DNA of 64,000 nt. It comes from Mobula hypostoma. Lineage: Eukaryota. Location of the stretch: positions 97,900,001 through 97,964,000 of the forward strand of contig NC_086097.1 in assembly GCF_963921235.1 (NCBI RefSeq), written 5' to 3'. The position numbers and the translations under genes are program-made. This document shows positions 13,320-25,462 of this stretch, one piece after another. The number at the start of each line of letters is the position of its first letter. The stretch's first letter is position 1. The notes under the pieces were generated by a model. That model was not told the origin of the DNA. It did no database searches and saw only the letters and a list, made by a program, of their open reading frames with translations.

Positions 13320-13880
13320 CCTGAGACCCTCCGTTGGTCAGGGAAGACTACGGATGTTGCGTCCCAACTGTCTACATGATACGCAAGCAAGGGCAGTATG
13401 ATATGGAGAGCAAGTTGTTACCCATATAGCAGGCTCCCCCTCTCCACGCATCTGATGAGTCCAAAGGAACAACAGAGACCGACAGTTTGGCACCAACAGC
13501 ATCGTCGGAGAGGCCAGTCAACATTGAATTCAATGTAGGACTACCTTAGGGATGCCAGCTCCAGACTTTTCCCTCAGGGTTTATTCCCAAATCATTCCCC
13601 ATGGATGCCAGGCAGTGGAGGTTTGAAATCAGTTTTCCTTCTCCTGGATGAGCTGGTAACCACGGCTGATGAGACCCATCTATCCAAAGCAACTGGTTCT
13701 GAGGCACCAGGAATCCATCTTTACCCCTTCTCCTGTCCGCCGGGCTTAGTAGCTAAGTCGCAATGTGAAGGCCAGGAGTTTGACTTTGTTGTCAGAGGTC
13801 ATTTGAGCCGTATGCCATTTAACAGGTAGTGGGAACTTATCCCCATTACCACCCCTGGCTATAACAACCTCGAGGAACCA
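13320..13880 (-). mobile_element. Non-autonomous, probably RTE-related retroelement
   Basis: 10-bp TSD AAATATCATT (13310-13319, 13881-13890); 5' module resembles that of the RTE at 10690-10829. Confidence 0.6.
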
Positions 13881-14752
13881 AAATATCATTAGCATGTAAT
13901 ATTTAGGAGTGCTTTGTCCAAGTTGGAATGGTTTGCACACAAGTGTCTCCAGGCTTACCTAGACATGACTGCACGTTTTGGTGGTATCTTAATGATACCA
14001 CCTCCAGTTCAGAGTTGTACGAGATCCCACCAGATTCTTGAACACAGGCGTGGTCTTCATGAACTTGGTCTGGATGCAGCGAGGTCAACGGCGAGAAGGT
14101 CCAAGAGAATGGAGGCCAGCACTACTGCGCAGTGTGCTGCTCATGCATCCTCCACACAGAGGCCCATGGACAGTGGTCTCCAATGAAAGCCTAGCTAAGC
14201 TTTGCATTCCCTAGTTGACTGGGTTGGCCAGTTAAGATCAGCTAGTTCAGTGAAGACTGGCAATCAAGCACAGCCCACTTGACTTGGGCTAAACCCCGGA
14301 TCTATTTCAATCAGTCCATTAAAAAAGTCAGATATATGTTATCTCTTATATAGCCTCATCAGTTCTTTCTTTAGAGAGGCGGTTAAATCATTAGAATAAA
14401 AGTCACCAAGGATGTCTAGTTTTAAAACCACCAACAACAGTACCAAGAGTACTCTTGTGGAAGGTACCAAGTCCAACTGCGTAAAGAGAGGTGACTAGCA
14501 GTAGATATCTATCACACTGGAAAAATCAGGTTGTACAGAGTTGATTGTATTAGTTTGGCTTCCTCATACCCATCAGGCTCAGAAAAACTGAGGAATGGGC
14601 ATTGTTGTTGTTGTTACCTAGTCACAGGGCAGCTGATCCACATTTAACTGGGTAGAGTCGTATCTGCTATCCATTACCTTCTGACTCAATCGTGCTACTG
14701 AACAAAGCTGATTAGAAACACAACATTCATGGATAAAATTCTGGTTCCTCAC

Positions 14753-14825
14753 CATGGAGATGTTGTTGCTGTTTTCATCACCATTCTCAAAGATAATGTC
14801 ACTGTCTGAATCAACATCGGCTTGT
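14753..14825 (-). CDS. EIF2AK4: GCN2 exon 13 (QADVDSDSDIIFENGDENSNNISM)
   Basis: Human DSESDIIFDNEDENS; tttacag acceptor, gtgagg donor; 73 nt. Confidence 0.92.
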
Positions 14826-14923
14826 CTGTAAAAACAGAGAGGGTATTTAATATGGAATTCAGGCACACTAGGCAAGTAAGAGGACAAGATGAGATGCTAA
14901 TCAAGGCCCAATCACACCCCAGG

Positions 14924-16160
14924 ACAGGCCTGATGAACCTGTTGAAATTCTTTGAGCAGATTACACGTAGGATAGACAAAGGGGATGCAGTAGATGTTGT
15001 ATATTTGGACTTGCAGAAGGCCTTTGACAAGGTACCACACATGAGGCTGCTTACCAAGTTACAGGAAAGTTACTGGCAAGTTACTGACATGCTTAAAGCA
15101 TTGGCTGACTGGCAGGAGGAAGTGAGTGGGAATAAAAGGATCATTTTCTGGTTGGCTGCCAGAGACTAGTGGTGTTCCGCAGGGGTCGGTGTCGGGACCA
15201 CTTCTTTTTATGCTGTCTATCAATGATTTAGATGATAGAATAAATGGCTTTGTTGCCAAGTTTGCAGATGATACAAAGATTGGTGGAGGAACAGGTAGGC
15301 TGAAGAAGAACTTGGACAGATTAGAATGAGCAAGAAAGCTGCAAATGAAATTCAGTGTTGGAAAATTCATAGTCATGCACTTGGGTAGTAGAAATAAATG
15401 TGCAGACTATTTTCTAAACGGGGAGAAAATCCAGAAATCTGAGATGCAAAGGGACTTCGGAGTCCTTGTGCAGAACAACTTAAAGGTAGAGTTGGTGGTG
15501 AAGAAGGCAAATACAATGTTAGCATCGTTTCATGTGGTCTAGAATACAAGAGCAGGGATGTGATAGTGAGGCTTTATAAGGCACTATAGGAGCATTACCT
15601 TGAGTACTGTGAACAGTTTTGGGCTCCTCATCTAAGAAAAGATGTGTTGGCATTGGAGAGAGTTCAGAGGAGTTTTACAGGATAATTCCGGAAATGAAAG
15701 GGTTATCATACGAGGAATGTTTGATGGCTCTGGGTCTGCACTCGCTGGAATTCAGAAGGATGGGGGGTGGGGGGGATCTCATTGAAACCTTTGGAATGTT
15801 AAAAGGCCTAGATGGAGTAGATGTGGAAAGGATGCTTCCCATGGCGAGGGAGTCTAGGACAAGAGGGCACAGCCTCAGGATAGAGGGGCCTCCATTTAAA
15901 ACAGAGATGCAGAGAAATTTCTTTTGCCAGAGGGTGGTGAATTTGTGGAACTTATTACCACAGGCAGCTACGGAGGCCAGGTCGTTGGGTGTATTTAAGG
16001 CAGAGCTTGATAGGTTCTTGATTGGACATGCAATCAAAGGTTATGGGGAGAAGGCCGGGGAGTGGAGCTAAGGAGAGGGAAAAAGGGATCAGCCATGATT
16101 CAATGGCAGAGCAGACTCGATGGGCCAAATGGCCTAATTCTGTGTCTATGTCTTACAGTC
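14924..16160 (+). mobile_element. CR1 RT 3' fragment, about 100 bp from the exon 13 acceptor
   Basis: VYLDLQKAFDKVPH, SGVPQGSV, KFADDTK, QRVVNLWN. Confidence 0.88.
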
Positions 16161-17414
16161 CAGGGTCTTATGGACTTCAAACACAAATGTTGCTGGAATC
16201 AGTTATATTAACCCTTTTCTTTCCTTTCTCCACCATTTTGTGAAGGTCTTAATTCTCAACACTAAAGAGAGCAAGCCTACAATGGAAGGGAGAAAACGAG
16301 GAATTCCACCGCACTCAGCAGGTAGTAAAGGGAAGATGGCACACAACAGTCTCTGTCCAATGACTCATGTTGAAGATTCACATAGGCACTTCACTAGAGG
16401 ATCAGACTTGGTCGTGTGTAGCTGAACATTACACGGTAAATAGAGATTCAGTTTGGTCTTCATCGGAATTAGGATTATAGGGCAAAGACCACATTTCAAA
16501 GGCTGACTTGTCCACTGTAAAGGAAACTCTCAGTAAAAGTTCTTCCTCCTTCTGAGAAGGTGCAGTCACATTGCATCTTTACATGGACAATTTGCAATAT
16601 AAATGAGTGGCATCAAGAAGCAAAAATAACACTAAATAAGATGAGATTGGAACGTTTCTGTCCATATATCATTTTGAATTTCATTAGTTGGAACTATATT
16701 TACAATTTATTTATTGAGATAGGCCCTTCTGGCCCTTTGAGCCACACCACCGGTAACCCATCGATTTAACCCTAGCCTAATCATGGGATAATTCACACTG
16801 ACCAATTAACCTACTAACCAGTACGTCTTTGCATTATGGGAGGAAACCAGAGCACCCGGAGGAAACGCGTATGTTCATGGGGACAAAGTACAAACTTCTT
16901 ACGGATGACTTCAGAATTAAACTGCAGGCACACTGATCATTATGCTACCATGGCAGCAGTGGAGCAGTTAGTGTGGTTTTTTTAAATGTTAGAAACTTTT
17001 CTCCAATAGCAACAGGAAAAATCATGAATAGTTAACTCATTCACAAATTAACTCAGCTAAAGTTTAGAAAAGATAACCAATCAAATCAGTTTGTCATTGA
17101 GCAGGTTAAGATACAATTTCTCCACAAATTGTGAAGTTATACATTGACTGAGCTAACACTGAAGACTGGTTTGATTGCAGATCCTAGTCATAGAAAGGTG
17201 TTGCCAAGCTGCAATGTCTGTTGATATCGTGGCTCAAATTTAAATTTTTTTAGGTTCATCGTGATAGTTTGGGGCCAGTGCCGGGAGTTAGGGATTGGGT
17301 TGGGTTCAGGGACCGGTGATGGGGAGCAAGGGATCAGGGGTAGTAAATGAACACTCTGAGCAGGGGTTTGAGACCAGACTGAAATGCTCCACTGTCAAAT
17401 GTCAGCAATCCTGG

Positions 17415-18186
17415 AAGCTGTGTCAGCAGGCTCTTTCTATTTTTTATATACAAATTACCTTGATGAAGAAGTGGAAGGGTGGATTGGCATGTTTGCAGAT
17501 GACACAAAGGTTGGTGGTGTTATGGATAGTATAGTCTATAACAAGACATTGATAGGATACAGAGCTGGGCTGAGAAGAGGCAGATGGAGTTTAATTCAGA
17601 AAAGTGTGAAGTATTCACTTTGGAAGGCAGAATACAGGGTTAATGGCAGGATTCTTGACAGAGGGATCTTGGGGTTTACCAAGATATGAAAGATGTGGAA
17701 GCTTTGGAGTGGGTGCAGAGGAGATTTACCAAGATGCTGCATAGACTAGGGAACATGTCTTATGAGGACAGGTCGAGCAAGCTAGAGCTTTTCTGTTTGG
17801 AGAGAAGGAGAATAAGAAATGACTTGATAGAGGTGTACAAGATGATAAGAGGCATAAATTGAGTGGACAGCCAGCGACCTTATCCCAGAGTGGAAAAGGC
17901 TAATACAAGGAGGCATAATTTTAAGGTGATTGGAGGAAAGTATAGGGAAAATGACTGAAATAAGTTTTGCTTTTTATACACTAAGTGATGGAACACTCTG
18001 CCGGGGGTGGTGAGGGAGGAAGATACATTAGGGACATTTAAGACATTCTTAGGAAGGAACATGGATGATAGAAAAATGGAGGACTATGGGGGAAGGAAAG
18101 GTTAGACTGATCTTAGAGTAGGTTAAAAGGTCATCACAACATCATGGCCAAAGGATCTGTACTGTGCAGTAATGTTCTATGTTCTC
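17415..18186 (+). mobile_element. Degenerate CR1 3' fragment
   Basis: MFADDTKVGG; ttctatgttct tail. Confidence 0.75.
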
Positions 18187-20348
18187 TGCTGGATTGCTGG
18201 AGCTGACAGGTAGCAGGACTACCTGCTGTACCACTGTAGAAAAACCCTGGTGACTTCATAAAGGGACTAAGAATGATCTCCTGATAATGCAGAGGCCAAC
18301 TTCTCCAACAATGGTAGTTACTGAGTCTCTGTGGACCATCAAGTACCAAATTACACCAACCCTACATTAGTCATACTTTTTTGATTTTCCCTACATTCTT
18401 CACAAAGTGTTGCACTGAAAGTTGGCAATAAGTGACTTGACAAGCCTCCGAAGCAGAGTTTATATCTACAGCCTCCTCACTCAGCAAAGAGCACGCCAAC
18501 ATTTGAGCTAAGGGACCTCGACTGTTATCCCAGCCATAAACAAGTGTTTCAGCATACCCCTGTACTAGAATCAGACTCAGCAAGACAGACAGTATCTACA
18601 GAGAGTCTGAAAGAATTAATATTTCAGTGACCTTTTGACAGAATTCCAAACGCTACTGAGAAATACAGCATGGAATAAGGCAGTTCAGCCCATCTAGTCA
18701 ATACCAACCATCATTTACAATAACCTTTCCCTAACCCATTTTATTCACCCTATATTCCCATCAACCCCACCCCCCACCCCCGAGATTTTACCACTCATCT
18801 ACAATTGGGGCAATGTACAGCACATTTTTCTGACATGTGAGGAAAGCAGAGCGACTGGGCAAAAGCACATGCAGTCACAGGAAGAGCATGCAAACTCCAC
18901 AGAGGCAGCACCAGAGATCAGGCCTGAACATAGACTGCTGGGGCTGCAAGGCAATGGCTTTATCAACTGCATCAGTGTGACACCTCTTCCCCCACCTGTG
19001 TTGCAATACAGTCATCAACCTGTGTTCCTCTCTCCACAAATGCTGCACAACCCAAATATCTCCAATATTTTCTGTTTTTATTTCAGATTTCCTGCATCTT
19101 CAGGTTGCTTGGCTTTTCAACTTTAAAACTAGGATAATGCAAAGGTCCCAAAGCCTCGGGATAATAATGGAGAGGACCCACTTGGGCAGGGATCGGGATT
19201 TATAAAAACAGCCTGAACACAACACGAGGCGAGTTCTTGCAATCGATCACTCCCAGGTTGCCTTTCGGCAGGTAAATGGTTTTGATTTCACCCTGCACAA
19301 TCAGAATCCACAATTGCTGTCAGCCCTCATTGCATGGCCAAGGTGGAAAACTGAGATGTAACTCTCAGATTTAAAATTCAATTCATTTTGAAAGATGATT
19401 TCAAGATTCTGAATTTTGCAGAAAGTGGTATGGCAAATAAGCCAGCATCCTCTCAAATCACAATCTTCTGGAAAATGGTTCCTCCCATAAAACGTTGTCT
19501 CCTGGCCACCAACAAAATTCTTAAAACTGACAGGTTCTGTCCTGGTTTATCACTACAAGTGGAGGAGAGAGCATAGCAACCCATCAGCCACTTACTTGCT
19601 CGCCTACTAGCTCCTGTTCAGCAACGTCTGAATTTTAAAGCTCTTCTCACTTTCAAACCCCTCAAGTAGCTTCATTCCTCTTCACTTGGTCTATAACCTT
19701 GCCAAGTTCTGTTTTCCTCCAATTCTGCCTCTTGTACAACTTCAATTTTAATTACCCTTCTTGATGTTGGCTGATTTGAGCCCCAAGCTCTGAAATTTCC
19801 TTCGTTTAAGCCTCATCAATTCCCTCCCTTCAAGATGCCTGATAAAACCTACTTCCTCAACTCAGCTTCTGCCAGCTTACTCCAGCATCTCCAAACCTGG
19901 CTCAATGCCAAACATCAACTGGCTTCAGTTTTCCTGTGAATAGTGTGGTAACATTTTACTAAATCATGGCCAGTGTCTAAATGTCAGGTTTTCTTGTGGG
20001 ATGAAATGAGCAAGTAACTGGGAACTAAAAAGAAAATCAGTAGGATTGAGTGATACAAATTCCCCTCAAAAAAAATTAACCCGTCCATTACCCGTGGCTG
20101 ATTTTCTGCACTCTGGCTGTTGACAGGATTAAGCTGTTTCAGCTTCATAGTCCATAACCATTAATCATTCAAGTTAACTTGAGTAATTAATAAGAGATCT
20201 GCAGACCTCCAAAAGACATAAAAGAGAAATCAAATTCTGAAGTAGAAGACTGGTCCCCACCACCTCCTGCGTTACAATGCAATTCCAAATGGTGTAGCAG
20301 ACTGGTAAAAACACACCAATTAACAACTGCAATCTGCATCATACTCAC

Positions 20349-20740
20349 AAAAAGGATGCACAAAACACATCGTCTTCGTCATCCTCGTCACTTGACTCCC
20401 TGTCCCCACATTTGGCACTTGATGATCTTTCACACGATGTGCTCCACTCCACTGAACTGGTTGTAACTGGAGGCGGGGCATTTTTTTCGACATCATCCGA
20501 CAGAATCCACTGGTTCTGGTGGTCTGCCTCGGACGTTTGTTCGGAACATTCCGTGCTCGAGTCCAGGGCAGGCTGTACTTCATGTTTCTCGATCCAGGCG
20601 TTGTAGTACCTCACAATGTTTTCATGACTTAGACGTGACAGCAGTGTCACCTCAACCTTTATCCTGCGGAACTGCTTACTGTTGGGATTCACCAGGATGC
20701 GTTTAACAGCATAGTAACCGCCATCCAATTTATTCTTCAC
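20349..20740 (-). CDS. EIF2AK4: GCN2 exon 12 (catalytic Lys in YAVK, alphaC helix, kinase insert)
   Basis: NKLDGGYYAVKRI...EVTLLSRLSHENIVRYYNAWIE...SSVEWSTS; AG/GT; 392 nt. Confidence 0.97.
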
Positions 20741-21877
20741 CTAAATGAAACATAACACAGCAGTCAAGTAACAGGTAAGGCAATAGGACTGTATAAAGTT
20801 GGAGTCGCCCAATTTGTACTCCTTTGCTTACCCAAAGTTATTGACCTTACAAGGGTCCAGGAAAGACTCAATTCACTCAAACCCTTTGAAATGAGGGCTT
20901 GAACAAAAGTATCCCAACCACTTCAGTCACAGATCAAACAGTATCCACAAAGCTCAAACGATAAAGGCACATTTCCCAGTACTTGCCCAGCCACATCCAG
21001 TTGCACAGCAGTCCAACTCATCCCTTGAACATTATACAACCTTTACTGCAAAGGGTTGGAGTTTAAAAATAGGGAGTTTTTGTTACAGTTGCACCAGTGT
21101 TGATGAGGCCACACCTGAAATACTATGCACAATTTCGGTTTGCTTTAAAAAAAAGATATAATAGCATTAGAGGCAATCTGTAGGAGATTTCCACCCCATT
21201 CCTAATATGAGGGGTTGTCTTATCAAGAGAAGCAAGACTATGTGTCTGCATTTATTGAAATTCTTAAAAAAGTAAGTCATCTTATGAAAACATACAAGAC
21301 CCTAAGAAGGCTTAACCAGATAGATATTGCATGTTTTCAACAATGGGTGAGTCAAGAACAACGGAATATACTTGCAGATACAGGGTTTGTATATAAAATC
21401 ATTAAAAATTTAAAACTACTTCTCTCAAAGGCCAGTGAACCTCTCCCTAAGGCCAGATCATTAGATATAATTAAGATGGAGTTAGATAAATATTTGGAAG
21501 ATGAAGGGATTGACAGTTATTGGAAGCAGGCACAGAAGAGGAGCCCAGCTTATTAGCTATGATGGTAATGAACGGTGGAACAGGCTCGAGGTGTGTACTC
21601 AGGCTCCTATGCTTTTGTGTTCAGAAGAATAAGGAGCAAAAATGAAGACAAAACAGCGGGTTCTGAGGGTGTGCAGGAACAGAGGGAGTGGTGCAAATAT
21701 GTATAGCAACAGAATGTGTTGAAACTGGTCAGTAAAGCACATGGGATCCTGGTAATTTGAAGATAAGAGGTTTGTACACGAAAAGGGTATAAAATGCAGG
21801 AAAGCTCTATTGTTAGTAGTAGAAACATTTCATACTTTTAACAACAGCTATAAGTATAAGATGTAGGAAAGCTCTAT

Positions 21878-22142
21878 CGGGTGCCGTAGTAGTCTAGCGG
21901 TTAGTACAATATTATTACTGCTCAGGACATTTCAGAATTTGGAGTTCAATTCAGGAGCCATTCTAAGCAATCTCTGTACATCTTCCTCAAGGAATGCATG
22001 GGCTTTCCCTGGGTACTCCGGGTTCCTCCCAGTCCAAAGACAGGTTAATTGTCCTGTGATTAGGTAAGGGCCAACCAGGGTTCTGGGGTTGCTTGAAAGG
22101 CTGGAAGGGCTGACTCCGCACTCTATCACTAAATAAATAAAC
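21878..22142 (+). mobile_element. tRNA-derived SINE
   Basis: A box (TAGCGGTTAG), B box (GAGTTCAATTC), gggtactccgggttcctccc core, taaataaataa tail; relatives at about 16720-16960, 18660-18990, 48555-48750, 52036-52340 and 54360-54640. Confidence 0.65.
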
Positions 22143-22585
22143 CAGCTGATCCGGTCTGCCATTTCATCCAATTCTGATCACCCAATTTAGGAAAGATATC
22201 TGAATAATGAGAGAAGGTGCAGAAGAATTACTGGAACTGTTTTAGGAGGAATTTTACTATCAGGTTGGATCTTCGGTGAAAGAACACAGAAGATTTTGCA
22301 GAGATACAGAAGTTGATAGAGGGTTAAACTAAGATATTGAGAGAAGTATTCTCATTACGACGATCAAAAAGGTACAGAGGAAAGGAGGATTGTTGTTATA
22401 AAACACAGAATTCCTTGCCCGTAGGGGTGATGGAAACAGAATCAATTAGTATCTCTGTATCTTCATTATCTGAGGGTGGGTTATCAGCACCCTAGGGATA
22501 GTTACTGCTGTCCCCTTATTTAAGTTCTGTAGGGGTAAACGAGGGTACTACAGGCTGGTGAGCCTAATGTCCAGTCATCATCCTT

Positions 22586-22935
22586 ATGTTCCATGTTGGG
22601 TGACGTGGTCCTTGAACATGATTGTTCTTGGCATATTTTTCTTTAGAAATGGTTTGCCATTGCCTTCTTCTGGGCAGTGTCTTTACAAGACAGGTGACCC
22701 CAGCCATTATCAATACTCTTCAGAGATTATCGGCCGAGCATCAGTGGTTGCATAACCAGGACTACGCACCAGCTGTTGATACGACCATCCACCACCTGCT
22801 CCCATGTCTTCACCAGACTCTGATCGAGGGGGCTAAGTAGGTGCCACTCCTTGCCCAAGGGTGACCTGCAGGCCAGTGGAGGGAAGGAGCACCTTACACC
22901 TGCTTTGACAGAGACATATCTCCACCCCACCACCC
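22586..22935 (-). mobile_element. RTE-derived bipartite SINE (second copy at about 25490-25700)
   Basis: Shares tggtttgccattgccttct with the RTE 5' UTR; the 25490 copy also shares tgggtgatcatgg with the RTE 3' end. Confidence 0.7.
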
Positions 22936-24142
22936 TAAACCCAGCCTATTGTTAAATGACTGAATCAGATATGACACTTCTGTTCTTGACCAGGTTCAAT
23001 GGTCAAAGCAGGCTGTAAAACCTGAATTCAGAGCCATTGCTACTGAGCTGGTGCCTTCTGCTGCAACGTTAAACTAAGACCTTGCCAGTTCCCAAGTAAC
23101 TTTATGAATTCCAAGGCCTAGCCTCCTCTCTGTGCTCAGAACTCAGAACACAATATTACCAAAATAAATACCAGCTTATTGACCTCCTCAATATCCATCT
23201 GACTGCATGGCTGCTCTTGTAACATGGACAATTACATTTTAAAAGTGATCCATAATTTGGGACCCCTTTCCACCATCAAAAGTATCTACAGGACACACTG
23301 CCTCAGGAGGGTAACAGTCATCATCAGTCACTCAGGCCAGGCCATCTCGCAGATACCACTGGGAGGAGGTACAGAAGCCTGGAGTTGCACAACACCGGGT
23401 TCAACAACAGACACTTCCCTGCAAGCCAACCGGCAGAACCCCAATCATTACAGTTTACCATCACTAGAATCATTTTGATCACTTTGAACCAAAATAAACT
23501 TTGTGAATTTTTCAATAGATGCATTTAATGTCAGAGAAATGTATATAATATACATCTTGAACTTCTTTTCCTTTCCAATTCTTTTGTGTTTTCTTGTAAA
23601 AATTTACATAATTTAAGGTAGTTGGTTTTTCTTGTGAACGCTGCTTATATGATGCAATGTTTCTGGGATGCTGCTGCAAGTAAGATTTTTATTGCACCTG
23701 TGCATAGACATTGACTTTGAAAAACTGCTGAAAAGGCACTGAGATGATGGAGAATATCTAACAGATACCATTACAGTAGCAGATATAATTATGCAGAATG
23801 CTCCAGGCATTCTCTCTTCTCTCAGGCTTCAAACACACACCACCAGCATCAAGAGCAGCTTCAACCCCAGCTCCTCATTATAAGACTGCTGTACGAACTT
23901 CTTGTACATTAAAGATGCACTCTCAGTCTCACCATTCACTTCGGCTTGACCACTGCACTGTGCTTTCTCTGTGGTTGTAACACAATATTCTGCATTCTGT
24001 TACTGCTTTTCTCTTCTACTACCTCAATGCAATTGGGTTTTAAGATGAGCAGTATGGATGGCTTGCAAGACTAAGCTTTTCACTGCATTCCAGTATATGT
24101 GACAATAACAAACCAATAGCAGAAATGGGGAAGAGAAACAGA

Positions 24143-24776
24143 AACACGAGGAAATCTGCAGATGCTGGAAATTCAAGCAACACACATAAAATGCTGGTGG
24201 AACGTAGCAGGCCAGACAGCATCCATAGGAAGAAGCACTCACAACACGCTGGAGGAACTCAGCAGATCGGGCAGCATCCGTGGAAAAGATCGGTCGACGT
24301 TTCGCCGGAACCCTTCGTCAGGACTGTAGGGGGAAGGGGCAGAGGCCCTATAAAGAAGGTGGGGGGAGGGTGGGAAGGAGAAGGCTGGTCAGTTCCAGGT
24401 GAAAAACCAGTGAGGGGAAAGATAAAGGGGTGGGGGAGGGGAGGCAGGGAGGTGATAGGCAGGAAAGGTGAAGAAAGAATACGGGAAAACACAATGGGTA
24501 ATAGAAGGAGACGGAACCATGAGGGAGGTGATAGGCAGCTGGGGGAGGGGGCAGAGTGACATAGGGATAGGGGAAGGGAGGGGGAGGGAATTACCGGCTG
24601 AGTTCCTCCAGCGTGTTTGAGTGTTGCTTTGACCCCAGCATCTGCAGAGTATTTTGTGCTTATCCATAGGAAGAAGTTAGTCCTGACGAAGGGTCTTGGC
24701 CCAAAACGCCAACTGTGCTTCTTCCTACGGATGCTGTCTGGCCTGCTGTGTTCCACCAGCATTTTGTGTGTTTTGA
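24143..24776. mobile_element. Nested Penelope-derived inverted elements with hammerhead-like motifs
   Basis: Inner element 24236-24661 flanked by 15-bp TSD ATCCATAGGAAGAAG; CTGACGA...GAAAC motif at about 24293-24324 (minus) and a decayed copy at about 24680-24712 (plus). Confidence 0.75.
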
Positions 24777-25301
24777 TAAAAGAAACAGAAGATCGGTTTG
24801 GACAAGAAAGTTCAGAGAAGATTGAAAACCAGTTTAGTTGTTTGGCTCCTTTTCATTCCCTCATGCAGTTACTCCACAAAGGCAAAATCAAAACAAACTG
24901 CAGGAAGAACCAAGTGGGCCAAGCAGCATCTATAGAGGCAAAGACACTGTCAATATTTCAGGCTCCCGACCCGAAATATCAACCTTCTGTGAATGCTGCT
25001 GAGCCCACTGAGTTCTTCAAGCAGTTTGTTCTTTGCTCCAGATCTCCTGCCTCTCGTCTCTACTCCAAAAGTCAGCTCATTGCCTGGAGGAGGCTGAGCA
25101 ATTTTAAAACTGCACTGTTTTCATTTTTAACACAGGTGACTAGCTACTTGGTTTTGCCTTCGTGGAGTAACTGCATGAGGGAATGAGAGGACAGATTAGC
25201 TATAAATATCACATGTTAAGTAATATTCAGAAAACAATTTCAGTAATGAATTTAAAAGTACAGAAACATTTCAAAAATTTGTTACTCTCTCTTAAAATTA
25301 C

Positions 25302-25462
25302 CTTGATGACAGCTCCAAAGGCACCTTTCCCCAGAAGTTGCAGCTCCTCAAACTCACTGTAATAATGTGAGTGTTGCTTTTGGACGTCTGTGTAGAGTGA
25401 AGCTTTCAGAAGCTGGCTACTTGGGACAACAGTTTCTGCACAGTCCACTCCTCCAGCCAAAC
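25302..25462 (-). CDS. EIF2AK4: GCN2 exon 11 (kinase start and P-loop, EFEELQLLGKGAFGAVIK)
   Basis: EFEELQLLGKGAFGAVIK as in human; AG/GT; 161 nt. Confidence 0.96.

Noticed and set aside
13450..13480. CTGATGAGTCCAAAGGAAC as a hammerhead
   Set aside because: No GAAA core after stem II and no stem I/III; lies on the element's antisense strand
20648..20662. KVEV instead of human KGEV in alphaC
   Set aside because: Conserved Glu is intact and the preceding position varies among eIF2-alpha kinases
23010..23200. Ancient Deu-domain SINE-like relic (another old SINE-like trace at about 14200-14290)
   Set aside because: Too degenerate to support by eye
24125..25186. Overlapping 144-189 aa ORFs
   Set aside because: Chance frames across Penelope-derived and GA-rich repeats
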